From a virus: DNA of 64,000 nucleotides. Where the stretch lies: the IMG/VR virus record IMGVR_UViG_3300045988_054550, positions 1 through 64,000 of that record; one strand, written 5' to 3'. The notes under the pieces are model-generated. The model worked only from the letters and a program-made list of their open reading frames with translations. It was not told the origin of the DNA and ran no database searches. This document shows, in pieces, positions 17,605 to 26,809 of the stretch. The position numbers and the translations under genes were made by a program. Numbering within the stretch: the stretch's first letter is position 1; each line of letters begins with the position of its first letter.

Positions 17605-18702
17605 TCACATTTCCTCCTGTTTCATAAAATCTGGGATGCTTGGCTCCTGTCCTGCTGCCGAAACTGGTTCTTTCTCGGCAGTCTTTACGAATTCTGCGAC
17701 CGTTGGCTGCTTAGGTTGTTCTTCGATTGCTGCTGGTTCATCTCGGATAAATTCTTCTGCATTGGCGTTCTGCTCGATTTCTTCCTGCACTTCTCTGTAT
17801 GTGGCATCCATCATGTTGTATTCGTAAGCCTGCACCGGATTATCCCATCTTTTAGGAATGGACTTCATAATGTTGTTTCGCATCTTACGAATAATCATTG
17901 ATTCTCTTGACTGTGTTTCATAATAAGACGGTGAAATATATGGTCTTAATTCTTCACAATCAATGATTGCTTCCAGTTCTCCGATCTCAGCAACCTTTTT
18001 CATGATTTCTTTTTTCTTTGCTTCAATTTGGGCTTTCTGCGCATCTGTAGCTTTATATCTATCTGCACAAATTCCAAAAGTTTCATTCTGGAGATTATTC
18101 TTGATGTGCGCTGCAAGATTTTTCAGTACATCTGCTCTTTCACATGAAAGATATTCAATATGTCCGTCCTTATACTGAATCGGATATACGATACGAACTA
18201 CTTTGCCTACGCCAGATTCTTCCCATTCTGGTGGTGTAATTTCCACGCCTTTATGTCTTGGCGGTGTATACTTATCACCCTCTCTAACCTTCCAGTACGG
18301 GAACACTTTAGCCACATTGACACCATATCTGCTTACAAGAGCGTCATTTCCATCGCCCTCAATCGCAAATTCGATTTTCTTCTCCCACTGTGCCGGTTTT
18401 CCTTTTCCTGCTACGTTTACGTTTCTGATCTGGAAATAGCATTCTCTTGGCTGTGCATTTGCGTTCAGTTTCAATGCTGCTACTTTCTGCATAACAGACT
18501 TTAAGTTTGATGTATTTACCGATTTCATATCAGTTCCACTTTCGTGAATCATCTGATAAATAGCCGCCATTGCTGACACTACGCATTCTTTTGAATAAGA
18601 GTCGAACTCCATTCCTCTTGTTTCTAAATCTTCCTTCATCAGGTCTACATAACTGTTTGTCCATACTGAAAGAGTGGTGTTAAATGTTTTTGTTTCTGCC
18701 AT
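17605..18702 (-). CDS. putative single-strand annealing protein (RecT-like)
   Basis: LKLNANAQPRECYFQI resembles the RecT core; sits in the recombination module. Confidence 0.5.
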   Translation of the reverse strand: MAETKTFNTTLSVWTNSYVDLMKEDLETRGMEFDSYSKECVVSAMAAIYQMIHESGTDMKSVNTSNLKSVMQKVAALKLNANAQPRECYFQIRNVNVAGKGKPAQWEKKIEFAIEGDGNDALVSRYGVNVAKVFPYWKVREGDKYTPPRHKGVEITPPEWEESGVGKVVRIVYPIQYKDGHIEYLSCERADVLKNLAAHIKNNLQNETFGICADRYKATDAQKAQIEAKKKEIMKKVAEIGELEAIIDCEELRPYISPSYYETQSRESMIIRKMRNNIMKSIPKRWDNPVQAYEYNMMDATYREVQEEIEQNANAEEFIRDEPAAIEEQPKQPTVAEFVKTAEKEPVSAAGQEPSIPDFMKQEEM

Positions 18703-18720
18703 AACAATTCTCCTTTTCTA

Positions 18721-18957
18721 TTAATCGCAATAAGTTCTATTGCAAAACGGGCATCCTGTAATTAATTCCTTTGATGCTCTCTCAACAGAAATTCCATTCC
18801 ATTCTTTTCCACTTCTTGTTCGTCCTTTTTCGGAATAAATATTCTGCCCACAATCAAAGCATTTTCCACTACGCGGTGCAAAATGCGGATAACCTTTTTC
18901 CATGCAATATTTTTCCTGTGCTTTTGTTGCTTTTGAAATGTCATAAGTTTCTGCCAT
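18721..18957 (-). CDS. zinc-binding protein (78 aa)
   Basis: CFDCGQ..CPFCNRTYC. Confidence 0.5.
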   Translation of the reverse strand: MAETYDISKATKAQEKYCMEKGYPHFAPRSGKCFDCGQNIYSEKGRTRSGKEWNGISVERASKELITGCPFCNRTYCD

Positions 18958-18982
18958 TTTTATTCTCCTTTTCTGATAATTA

Positions 18983-21010
18983 TTAAACTTCCGTTACTGT
19001 CATATCTCCCTCAGCAACTTTCAGGAAAATCAACTGTGCATCTGCCTTAATACCTGCCAGGCTGCTATTGTCCAGTTCTGCTGCACAGTCTATGAATATC
19101 GGATAACTCACGCCGTAAAACTTCTGCAAACCATCCATGATGGCAATTTTTCCTTTCATCATGAGGGCTGTATTGGCATTCCCGATCAGCTTTTTCCAGT
19201 TACCGTCCTTGTCCTGCACGTGCCAGATACAAGCGTCTACGACCTCACCGTTTTTCTGTGTATCGAACAGTTTCACTTTAACTCCGTCAAAATACCGGTT
19301 TACTGCATCTTCAAGAGCTGTATTCTTCGCCATGCTCAGGGATTTTAGTTCATCCAGAATCATCTGCGCATCAGCTTTATTTTGCGCGTACTGTTTCTGG
19401 CTTTCCTGAAGCTTCTCGATCTGTTCGTCGATTCGGATGTTATTATTGGCTTCTCCGATTCTCTGATTTACTGCTGCCAATTCCTGTTTCTTGCCGGATA
19501 ACTGCTCTGAAAGCTGTTTCTTTGCTTCTTCGCCATCGTCCAGAGAATTAAGCTCCTGTTCTTTCTCTTTGATTGTTGTAAGAATCTGCTGATATTCGGC
19601 GTTTTCTGAGAAATCTGGCTCTTTCGGTATAGCTTCCAGATTCTTGTTTTCTGCGTCCAGAGAAGTCTTAATCTGCTCTAATTCCCCTGCAAGTTTGGAA
19701 ATCTCAGATGTGAGAGTTTCTTCCTGCTTATGTGCTTCTTTCATTCCGGCAGACGCTTTGTTGCCAGCCTGAATAACTTCATCAAGTTTACGCTTCTTGT
19801 CCTGCTCCCAATCTTCCTGAGCTTTCAACTGCTGATTGATTCTTTCCTGTTTCTTCTGCTCGAATCTGCTCTTTAACTGCTCAATCTGCTCTGATGGAAG
19901 ATTCTGGCCGCAAGTCGGGCAAATGGTATCTGCATCATTGAATGTCTCAGATTCAATATTTTCCAGAACTGTGTCGTCCCATTCTGTGTCCTTGATTTTG
20001 GGATATTGCGTTCTGGCGTTCTGCAATTTTTCAAGAAGATCTTTTTTCTGTGCTCTCAGGTACTCCAATGCAGAAGCCTTTCTGTTCAACTCTGATGTTT
20101 TGATATTCCTGTCTAATTCAAGAGTGTTAACTTTATTGCAAACCGATGATTTCTGCTCTAACAAGTCCGCTTTAGCCTTTGAGTCTATCTCTAACAGTTT
20201 GGTTCTTAATCCTGCCAGTTCCGTTTTAATCTCTCCGGCTTTCTCGTTCCCTGCCTGTGCAATCTGCTTTTCGAGGTCAGAAATCTGTTCCTGCAAGGCG
20301 TTCTTCTGCAATTCCAGTTCGGCAACATCAGCGTCAACCTTTGACTGCTCCATGCCGATAATCTGGTTTGGAATGGCTTTCAACTGTTCCTCTGCCTTTT
20401 TCAGCGTTGCGTTGTTCATGGATTTGATTTCGTCTGCCTTATAAGTTTCCAGAAGTGGCACCAGTTCGGCACAGTCTGGAACTGTCTTGGCAATCTCTAA
20501 ATCCGTTTTCCCGGCACCATCTGACATGGCGAACAGAATCTTTCTGGCATCTGCATCTTTCAAGTCTGTGAAGATTTCCATATGCGACAGCATAAGAAAA
20601 TTATCAAAGTCAAATCCTCGCTCTTTTAAATCAGCTTTAAAATCTCTTTCGGCTTTTGGAACGCCATTGTTTTCGTATTTGTTAGATAATGCAACCTTGC
20701 CCGGTTTTCCGTCCTTTGGTTTACTTTCTGTACGTTTCTGGAACTTCGCTACGCTTACCGGCTTTCCGTCAATTACAATGTCAATATCGACTCTTGGCAG
20801 GCATTCTCTGCCATCATCCGGCCTTATATCTGGGTTGCTATTTAAACTGTAGTCCTTATCACAGAACACCCACATAAAAGCGTCTGCCAGTGTGGTTTTC
20901 CCACATCCGTTCTTGCCGGAAACGATTGTTCTGTGTCCGAACCCTATTTTCTTTTCTGACTGACCTTTAAAATCGGTCAATCTAATCTCTCTTACTTCGA
21001 TTTTCTTCAT
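18983..21010 (-). CDS. SbcC/Rad50-like AAA ATPase with long coiled coil
   Basis: N-terminal GKNGCGKTT Walker A, ~400 aa of coiled-coil-like sequence with a central CPTCGQ hook-like motif. Start trimmed to MKKIEVREI. Confidence 0.7.
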   Translation of the reverse strand: MKKIEVREIRLTDFKGQSEKKIGFGHRTIVSGKNGCGKTTLADAFMWVFCDKDYSLNSNPDIRPDDGRECLPRVDIDIVIDGKPVSVAKFQKRTESKPKDGKPGKVALSNKYENNGVPKAERDFKADLKERGFDFDNFLMLSHMEIFTDLKDADARKILFAMSDGAGKTDLEIAKTVPDCAELVPLLETYKADEIKSMNNATLKKAEEQLKAIPNQIIGMEQSKVDADVAELELQKNALQEQISDLEKQIAQAGNEKAGEIKTELAGLRTKLLEIDSKAKADLLEQKSSVCNKVNTLELDRNIKTSELNRKASALEYLRAQKKDLLEKLQNARTQYPKIKDTEWDDTVLENIESETFNDADTICPTCGQNLPSEQIEQLKSRFEQKKQERINQQLKAQEDWEQDKKRKLDEVIQAGNKASAGMKEAHKQEETLTSEISKLAGELEQIKTSLDAENKNLEAIPKEPDFSENAEYQQILTTIKEKEQELNSLDDGEEAKKQLSEQLSGKKQELAAVNQRIGEANNNIRIDEQIEKLQESQKQYAQNKADAQMILDELKSLSMAKNTALEDAVNRYFDGVKVKLFDTQKNGEVVDACIWHVQDKDGNWKKLIGNANTALMMKGKIAIMDGLQKFYGVSYPIFIDCAAELDNSSLAGIKADAQLIFLKVAEGDMTVTEV

Positions 21011-21011
21011 A

Positions 21012-21644
21012 TTACAAAATCTCCAATCTTTTTGCTGATACATCCAGTTCCGTGATTCTCTCCTGTTTCTCTGAGCACCATCTTTCTCGGCTCTGGAATC
21101 TTCCGAATACCTTTAACTTCTGCCCTTTCTCAAGTTTTCTGACGGTCTCAGCGTTCTCATTCCAGACAAGGCATGAAATACAGTCTGATTTCTGGTGCCC
21201 GTTACGTCTCTTAGCTCTCTTAACGCTTAACAGGACTCTGGCAAGAATCCAGTTTCCTTTTTCTTCTCCCTCTTCTTTTACTACTTTCAGCGGGATAATG
21301 TTAATCACATCTCCGATCAGGTATACTTCGTTTGCATCCTTTTCTTCCGGTCTGTCAAGATAATCTATTCCCAACGCCGTGACATAATCTACTGTAAGTT
21401 TATGGTCCTTCCGGCTTCTCATTTCTCCATACACGGAAACGGTAAAATCAGTTCCTCTTTTCACCATTTCTTCTGTGGTAATTACAGGAATAACGTCGTA
21501 AATACAGTTGTCTCGGAAAATGTGCATTTCTCCGGTATACATCTTCCTGCCATTATGGTTTTCATGTGTCTGGATAAATCCCTGCGGAATATCTCCTGAC
21601 AAAAGAACCTGATTTTCGCTACGCATTTTCATTTTCCGAATCAC
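21012..21644 (-). CDS. putative OB-fold ssDNA-binding protein
   Basis: Position upstream of the ATPase and RecT-like genes; weak OB-like pattern; low certainty. Confidence 0.35.
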   Translation of the reverse strand: MIRKMKMRSENQVLLSGDIPQGFIQTHENHNGRKMYTGEMHIFRDNCIYDVIPVITTEEMVKRGTDFTVSVYGEMRSRKDHKLTVDYVTALGIDYLDRPEEKDANEVYLIGDVINIIPLKVVKEEGEEKGNWILARVLLSVKRAKRRNGHQKSDCISCLVWNENAETVRKLEKGQKLKVFGRFQSRERWCSEKQERITELDVSAKRLEIL

Positions 21645-21804
21645 CCTCTTTCAAAATCTTTGTAAGCATCAAACCGAGTGTTACGACTGTTTCTCTGAGA
21701 TTCTTGTTTTCGACTTTAAGTTTCTTTCTTTCTTCCTCAAGGTCGGAAATGATCTCGCTTGCAAGTGTTGGCGTTTCTGTGTTCTGGATGTGTGTTTTTG
21801 ACAT
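21619..21804 (-). CDS. hypothetical coiled-coil protein (61 aa)
   Basis: ORF track; GGAGGG RBS. Confidence 0.45.
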   Translation of the reverse strand: MSKTHIQNTETPTLASEIISDLEEERKKLKVENKNLRETVVTLGLMLTKILKEGDSENENA

Positions 21805-21935
21805 AAAAAATGCCCTCCTAATTATTTATTTGATAAATACAGGAAGGTGTGTTATACTTGTCCTGTATTTAACTTACCCAATTAAGTTAGATACGCGGCT
21901 CCGTGTGGTATTTCCGGTACCCATGGAGCCAACTT

Positions 21936-22082
21936 TTAATCTGAGTCGAGACCTAACATGGCGATGCAAATTTTCTTGTCAATGATTACGCTCTCGCTAG
22001 AGTTGAGGTATGCTTTGAACGCCTTTAGTCTGCCAACTAATTCGGCGTATTCCTCGGCTACGGTCTCTGCTCTGAAATCCAT
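21936..22082 (-). CDS. hypothetical miniprotein (48 aa)
   Basis: Hand-translated MDFRAETVAEEYAELVGRLK.. Confidence 0.4.
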   Translation of the reverse strand: MDFRAETVAEEYAELVGRLKAFKAYLNSSESVIIDKKICIAMLGLDSD

Positions 22083-22083
22083 C

Positions 22084-22380
22084 TTATTTTCTTTCTCCAT
22101 CACAATCCTCCTCACAATACGGACATTTGTTATCCATCAAAATTTTGTTTAAATGGTCAGTTGCTTTCTTCGCATTTTCTTCCTGCTGATAACCGCCCTC
22201 TGCAATGCTATACATATCAAACTCTCTTAATGATTCTTTCTTATATATGTTGATGTGCAAGCTGCATCCGATCTTGTAGTTTGCAAAATGAAATGCTACC
22301 GTTCTACCAGTTTCTTTCTGAACTCTCCTGCATAACTGGTACAGTTCATCTACGGTCTTATCAAAATCATTTATCTTCAT
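22084..22380 (-). CDS. hypothetical protein (98 aa)
   Basis: ORF track. Confidence 0.5.
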   Translation of the reverse strand: MKINDFDKTVDELYQLCRRVQKETGRTVAFHFANYKIGCSLHINIYKKESLREFDMYSIAEGGYQQEENAKKATDHLNKILMDNKCPYCEEDCDGERK

Positions 22381-22612
22381 CGAAAAGCCCTCCGAATAAA
22401 TCTTTAATAAGCGTTGTTACAGGTTCCTTGATTTTTTTGTTAAATTCTTCTTCGTTCATCAATCCGACTTTGACTGTTTTGTCAATATCCTGCTTCACAG
22501 ATTCCTCTGTTTCTTTGTTGTCTTCCATAATAGTTACTTTGATTCCCCGAACGATAACAGCTAAGTCAGATATTAATTCTGCTTTACTGCCTTCGAGTGT
22601 GATTTTTCCCAC
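22367..22612 (-). CDS. hypothetical protein (81 aa)
   Basis: ORF track. Confidence 0.5.
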   Translation of the reverse strand: MGKITLEGSKAELISDLAVIVRGIKVTIMEDNKETEESVKQDIDKTVKVGLMNEEEFNKKIKEPVTTLIKDLFGGLFDEDK

Positions 22613-22623
22613 TTTTGTATTAA

Positions 22624-22797
22624 TTATCTTTCTTTTCCTCCTATTTTCTTTGCTTCATCCGGGTAAATAACCACGAATGATAAGATAAACATTATGATTG
22701 CTACTGCAACCGGCTGTGATGCGCTGTCAAATCTCCAGAACGGCAGGTACGGTGACATACCGCCGATCAGAGCTGACAGGATTAATGCTTTTGCCAT
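22624..22797 (-). CDS. small membrane protein (57 aa, two hydrophobic segments)
   Basis: Hand-translated MAKALILSALIGG..VAVAIIMFILSFVVIY..; GGAGGG RBS. Confidence 0.5.
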   Translation of the reverse strand: MAKALILSALIGGMSPYLPFWRFDSASQPVAVAIIMFILSFVVIYPDEAKKIGGKER

Positions 22798-22970
22798 TTT
22801 TGTGTCCCTCCGATTTTTTTAAGTCGTGAATTGGAACATGCTTATTTTGACGATGCTCATATTTGCCAAAAGTATTTTCAAATTCGCAAAGAGTTCTCTG
22901 AACTTCTGGAAACACACGATGAACACTTTTTCTTAAATTTGGGAAAGAAATAAAATGTTCATCCAGTGTT

Positions 22971-23243
22971 TCAAATGCCTAATCTGCGTGCGTTAGACAA
23001 AACATCAAGGGCATAGGCAAGATATGGTTCATCTATGCCCTTTTTAATATTTTCTTCCACCTGTTCTCCAAGGCTGAATGCCAGGCTTGCGATTATATCT
23101 TCCAGATACACTTCTTCACCATTTTCCTTTCGGACGAAATACTTTGCATTTCCGAGTTCGTTATCTCCACGCATCAGTTTTCCCGATTTAAGATTTCTGA
23201 CAATTTTTAATTCTGTCACTTTCTCACCTCTTATGCTATTCAT
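22971..23243 (-). CDS. hypothetical protein (90 aa)
   Basis: ORF track trimmed to MNSIRGEKV. The upstream part of the ORF overlaps a plus-strand gene and its promoter. Confidence 0.5.
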   Translation of the reverse strand: MNSIRGEKVTELKIVRNLKSGKLMRGDNELGNAKYFVRKENGEEVYLEDIIASLAFSLGEQVEENIKKGIDEPYLAYALDVLSNARRLGI

Positions 23244-23285
23244 TCCCTTTTGTGGTATAATTTCCCCAGAAGGGAGGTGTACAAT

Positions 23286-23459
23286 ATGGATAATGCTCAG
23301 ATCGCTTCTGTTTATGCACTTGCTAAAATCTGCGGATTTTCTGGTTCTTTTAATAATTTCAAAATTATGTACGACCAATACTATTCCGAAGCTATTAAGA
23401 ATCTTGAAAAGCAGTCTGACAATCATGCAGAGGTAAAAGCTTTCAAGCGTCCATTCTAA
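23286..23459 (+). CDS. small plus-strand protein (57 aa) embedded in the minus-strand operon
   Basis: GGGAGG RBS; extended -10 TGgTATAAT at 23253-23261. Confidence 0.55.
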   Translation: MDNAQIASVYALAKICGFSGSFNNFKIMYDQYYSEAIKNLEKQSDNHAEVKAFKRPF

Positions 23460-23462
23460 TTT

Positions 23463-23666
23463 TTACTCAGATGTGTTCTGCGTTGTTCTACCGATGTAGA
23501 GCACATCTTCATGTTTGAACTGGATTTCAAACTGGACTTTTTCGATATTCCATCGAAGTTCTACAACTCCTGCGTCGTCAAAAGTTATTTCATCGTACGC
23601 TTCATATGGTAAATACAATATGCGACCGTTTTTAAAACAGATTATTGTTTCATTGTCTACTTTCAA
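23463..23666 (-). CDS. hypothetical protein (67 aa)
   Basis: ORF track. Confidence 0.5.
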   Translation of the reverse strand: MKVDNETIICFKNGRILYLPYEAYDEITFDDAGVVELRWNIEKVQFEIQFKHEDVLYIGRTTQNTSE

Positions 23667-23681
23667 CTTGCATCCTCCTTT

Positions 23682-23924
23682 TCAATCATCAGCAATGCTT
23701 AAGTCCTCCCTGACCGCAAATGGTTCAGTGACAAACACGCCAGATTCTTGAATGATGACATCAATCTCAACATGGTGTTCATTCGTAAACTTCAATGAAA
23801 GTGTCGGTTCTTCTGGACTTCCACTTATGCTTGCTGATATATCGACAAGTTTAAAACCGATAATAGAATGAAAGATTTCATCATTGTCACCGGGTATGTG
23901 CAATCGGCTATCAATATTTTTCAT
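23682..23924 (-). CDS. hypothetical protein (80 aa)
   Basis: ORF track. Confidence 0.5.
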   Translation of the reverse strand: MKNIDSRLHIPGDNDEIFHSIIGFKLVDISASISGSPEEPTLSLKFTNEHHVEIDVIIQESGVFVTEPFAVREDLSIADD

Positions 23925-23935
23925 TTGTTTTCCTC

Positions 23936-24640
23936 CTAGTCAGCTAATCTTCCCTGTGCATTGCAGTCTCGAATCATAATCTTTGTATTTGCACATGGCG
24001 TCCATTCCTTGATATATTCAACTGCTTCCTGATACCTCAGTTTTGGAATGTTATTCCGGGCATTTACATCAAAGTAAGTTTTGACATCCCGGTTGCATTC
24101 TGCAAATACTTTCTTCCCGATCTCGTCGTAAGCATTGGATTTCTTGCCACCTAGCACTTCGATTACTACTCTGGAAACTAAATCTCCAAGATATTTCTGC
24201 TGTCCGTAGTCGATGGTCATTGTATTCTCAAGTTTCTCGATTCGTTCCTCATGGTCTTGATTGCCCTGAGCCAGTAACTGAATCTGTTCTGCTACGGTCA
24301 TCGGTTTTCTGGAATCTTTCTCGAAATACTCATCCACCAGTCTGTCATACACTTCCCATGCCTTATCGGTGTTCAGTGACTTGGCATGGAGGAAAGCTCC
24401 TTTTTCTGTCCAGAGGTAGAGTTTATTGATTCTTGACGAAAGGTCAAATTGTCCTGTCGTCTTAAACTCTTTTAATTCATTTCCTTCAAGGCAGATGAAA
24501 TGCTTTCCTTCTAAGTATCTCTCCTTGTTGCGGTTAAAGTTCTTCGTGATTACTTCGGTTCCTGTCCCGTATGCTTCCGCAATCTGCTGAGTAGTCAGAA
24601 CTCGGATGTCCTTATACTCTGTAATTTTCAATTCGTTCAT
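23936..24640 (-). CDS. ORF6N/ORF6C-type phage regulatory (antirepressor-like) protein
   Basis: The N-terminus IRVLTTQQIAEAYGT....I..NF..NK.R...GKH matches the recalled ORF6N pattern. Confidence 0.6.
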   Translation of the reverse strand: MNELKITEYKDIRVLTTQQIAEAYGTGTEVITKNFNRNKERYLEGKHFICLEGNELKEFKTTGQFDLSSRINKLYLWTEKGAFLHAKSLNTDKAWEVYDRLVDEYFEKDSRKPMTVAEQIQLLAQGNQDHEERIEKLENTMTIDYGQQKYLGDLVSRVVIEVLGGKKSNAYDEIGKKVFAECNRDVKTYFDVNARNNIPKLRYQEAVEYIKEWTPCANTKIMIRDCNAQGRLAD

Positions 24641-24701
24641 ATATCTCCTTTCTGTTGAGTTTGACTTCTTATCTCTTTATAATGTAAGTACAGGCACCGA
24701 C

Positions 24702-24908
24702 ATGCCGAGTAACTTGAAAGGAGATAAGAATTTGATATTGCTTCCTTATATGGATGGTTTTTACCGCTCTGGTGAAAAAGTATCCGAAACTACTGTTTTC
24801 GCTTGTTGTAATTGCAACTCTAAAAGAACTGTAAAATCTGGTAAGTCCATCCCTAAGTGTTCAAAATGCAACGATTATACCTATTGGTTTAAAATCGTAA
24901 CGCTTTGA
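24702..24908 (+). CDS. plus-strand zinc-ribbon protein (68 aa)
   Basis: CCNC..CSKC; TTGAGT-17-TATAAT at 24655-24683; weak RBS. Confidence 0.4.
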   Translation: MPSNLKGDKNLILLPYMDGFYRSGEKVSETTVFACCNCNSKRTVKSGKSIPKCSKCNDYTYWFKIVTL

Positions 24909-25132
24909 TTACTTTCAATATCCGCAAACATTGTTTCTGGGTGATATTCATTCTTTAAATCACTGTTTTCATAATCTATGGATTTCACTCGGAAACAAAT
25001 GCTTGCACCGTTTTCGGTATTAAATACTTTTAAGTACTTATTCCCACCTTTTGAAAAGCACATCACTCTTGTTTTATCTGGAACTCTGATGATTTGTGGT
25101 GAGAATAAATGCTTGATGATTCTTTTTAGCAT
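24881..25132 (-). CDS. hypothetical protein (83 aa)
   Basis: ORF track. Confidence 0.5.
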   Translation of the reverse strand: MLKRIIKHLFSPQIIRVPDKTRVMCFSKGGNKYLKVFNTENGASICFRVKSIDYENSDLKNEYHPETMFADIESNQSVTILNQ

Positions 25133-25143
25133 TATTCTCCTTT

Positions 25144-25305
25144 CTTAATCGCTATCTGTTGATGCTTCAACTTCTTTATGTTTTTTGCTCTCTACAGTAT
25201 CGGCTACTCCATTCATATACCCTAAAATGTAGTGCTGTTTATCTTCTGGGAGCTTATTGATTCGTGTTGTTACATCTCTGATAAGCTGTCTCTTTTCTTC
25301 TGACA
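25144..25305 (-). CDS. first gene of the leftward early operon (53 aa)
   Basis: Hand-translated MSEEKRQLIRDVTTRINK..; GGAGGTG RBS; sits directly downstream of the leftward promoter. Confidence 0.5.
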
Positions 25306-25340
25306 TTTGTTCACCTCCATCTCTCTTACGTTATGAACGT

Positions 25341-25420
25341 ATAATATCACATCTGTAACGCATTGTCAACGTGTTTTTAAATATTTTTACGTTGACAACG
25401 TATTTTAAAAATGTTATACT
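25341..25420. promoter_or_regulatory. lysis-lysogeny switch: divergent promoters plus palindromic operators
   Basis: Plus strand TTGACA (25392-25397)-17-TATACT (25415-25420). Minus strand TTGACA (rc of 25364-25369)-17-TATTAT (rc of 25341-25346). Palindrome ACGTTGaCAACGT at 25389-25401 and a degenerate copy at 25358-25372. Confidence 0.7.
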
Positions 25421-25452
25421 GTTACCATAAAATAAAGAAAGGAGGTGAGTAA

Positions 25453-25809
25453 ATGGGCGAGCGGTTGAAAGAGCTGCGAAAATACTTAGGACTTTCAAGA
25501 GAAGACTTTGCAAAAAAACTTGGTTTAAAAAGCCGTGGTAAAATTGAAAATATAGAACTTGGAAGAACAGTTCCAGATGATGATTTTCTAAAATTGATCT
25601 GTACTACTTATAAGGTTTCTTATGACTGGCTTGTGAGCGGCGACGGTAACATGTTTATGGATGACGATGGCGATGCGCAGGCTATCGTAGATTCGGTAAT
25701 GACCGGGGATAATGAATTTGCTAAAAAAATCCTTGTAAAGTTCGCAAAGCTTAGCGAAGAGCATTGGAAGCAGCTTGAAGAAATTTTGACCGAATTAGAA
25801 AGCAACTAA
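25453..25809 (+). CDS. XRE-family HTH repressor-like protein (118 aa)
   Basis: N-terminal LKELRKYLGLSREDFAKKLGLKSRGKIENIELG is an HTH_XRE pattern; divergent from the early operon; no S24 peptidase domain. Confidence 0.8.
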   Translation: MGERLKELRKYLGLSREDFAKKLGLKSRGKIENIELGRTVPDDDFLKLICTTYKVSYDWLVSGDGNMFMDDDGDAQAIVDSVMTGDNEFAKKILVKFAKLSEEHWKQLEEILTELESN

Positions 25810-25818
25810 TAAAAAAAG

Positions 25819-25847
25819 GACTGGGGTAAAAATCCCGGTCTTTTTTT
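25819..25847 (+). terminator. intrinsic terminator
   Basis: GACTGGG/CCCGGTC stem followed by T7. Confidence 0.7.
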
Positions 25848-25914
25848 GCGTTTTAACTATACTATCAGTCTTTTGTGTATTATAATATATAAAAAATCAC
25901 CAAGGAGGACTTAA

Positions 25915-26064
25915 ATGAGAAAAAGAAAAACTATCGACAAAATTACCAGAAAAATAAAATGCCCGGCAATCACTTGTCGGAGCGCCAATGTGCAGATAAT
26001 TAGCAGGGGTTTCTTTTCTACTAAATATCAATGCAAAAAATGCGGGCGCGTTTTTAAGGGATAG
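25915..26064 (+). CDS. zinc-ribbon miniprotein (49 aa)
   Basis: AAGGAGG RBS; CPAITC..CKKCG. Confidence 0.5.
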   Translation: MRKRKTIDKITRKIKCPAITCRSANVQIISRGFFSTKYQCKKCGRVFKG

Positions 26065-26084
26065 TCCAAAAGCCAAATATATAT

Positions 26085-26249
26085 TGGTGGGGTAACATCT
26101 TTACGGAGTATAAGAAAACTAAAGTAGGGGATTTGGAATTTGGAGAAGAAACGGGAACTGCCATTACGGGCAAAATCAATGAAATGATAGGATCAAAATA
26201 TGATGTTCTGAGTTCGGATATTATTTTTCGGCTTCTCCAGATGATTTAA
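26085..26249 (+). pseudogene. possible 3' gene remnant (no usable start codon)
   Basis: The frame is open from 26058 and reads ..WWGNIFTEYKKTKVGDLEFGEETG..RLLQMI*. There is no ATG/GTG/TTG near its 5' end. A terminator follows. Confidence 0.3.
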
Positions 26250-26267
26250 AAACAGAATAACAAATTT

Positions 26268-26297
26268 GCCCCTGTAAACGCAGGGGCTTTTATTTTT
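26268..26297 (+). terminator. intrinsic terminator
   Basis: GCCCCTG-TAAACG-CAGGGGC followed by TTTTATTTTT. Confidence 0.7.
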
Positions 26298-26403
26298 ACT
26301 TTTCTTTTAAATACAAATATTCTAACAGTTTATATACCCGTTTTAATGTTTCTTCTGTTTTAACCTTTTCTAATAAAGCCATTATTTTCCCTTTATAATC
26401 CAT
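26296..26403 (-). CDS. possible miniprotein (35 aa)
   Basis: GGGAGGG RBS; MDYKGKIMALLEKVK.. Confidence 0.3.
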   Translation of the reverse strand: MDYKGKIMALLEKVKTEETLKRVYKLLEYLYLKEK

Positions 26404-26476
26404 AAATAGCCCTCCCTGTCACAACTACCACCTATACCACAGTATATGTCCGGCTTGTGGGAAATAGAACCGAACA

Positions 26477-26809
26477 TTAGTTCGTTTTCATCATTATACC
26501 ACCGATATTCCCCCTTGGCAACTGCCAAATATATACATGGACTTTTGTTATTTCATAGGCAAACTTCGCAATTTCCAAGAAAATTATGCTTTCGCGAATA
26601 TAACATCTGACATTGCAAATTTTCTTGATCTCGCTCAACTCCTGCATCTGGACGGAATAAATTTGTTCCGCAGCTTTTTTTGTGATCTGCGCATCTCTGC
26701 GGTGACGTTCTGTTATATCATGTGACGGTATATGCACCGCACAGAATATTTCGCAAAATATCAGGATGAATACGACTATCCTGTATCTGTTCTTCTCCAT
26801 TACTACCAA
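26477..26809 (-). CDS. doubtful membrane ORF (110 aa)
   Basis: ORF track; non-ATG first codon, no clear RBS, one hydrophobic segment. Confidence 0.3.
   Translation of the reverse strand: MVVMEKNRYRIVVFILIFCEIFCAVHIPSHDITERHRRDAQITKKAAEQIYSVQMQELSEIKKICNVRCYIRESIIFLEIAKFAYEITKVHVYIWQLPRGNIGGIMMKTN

Noticed and set aside
25331-25513. ORF-track minus-strand ORF (60 aa) across the switch region
   Set aside because: It overlaps both promoters and the 5' end of the XRE gene on the opposite strand, and it has no RBS. It is treated as spurious.
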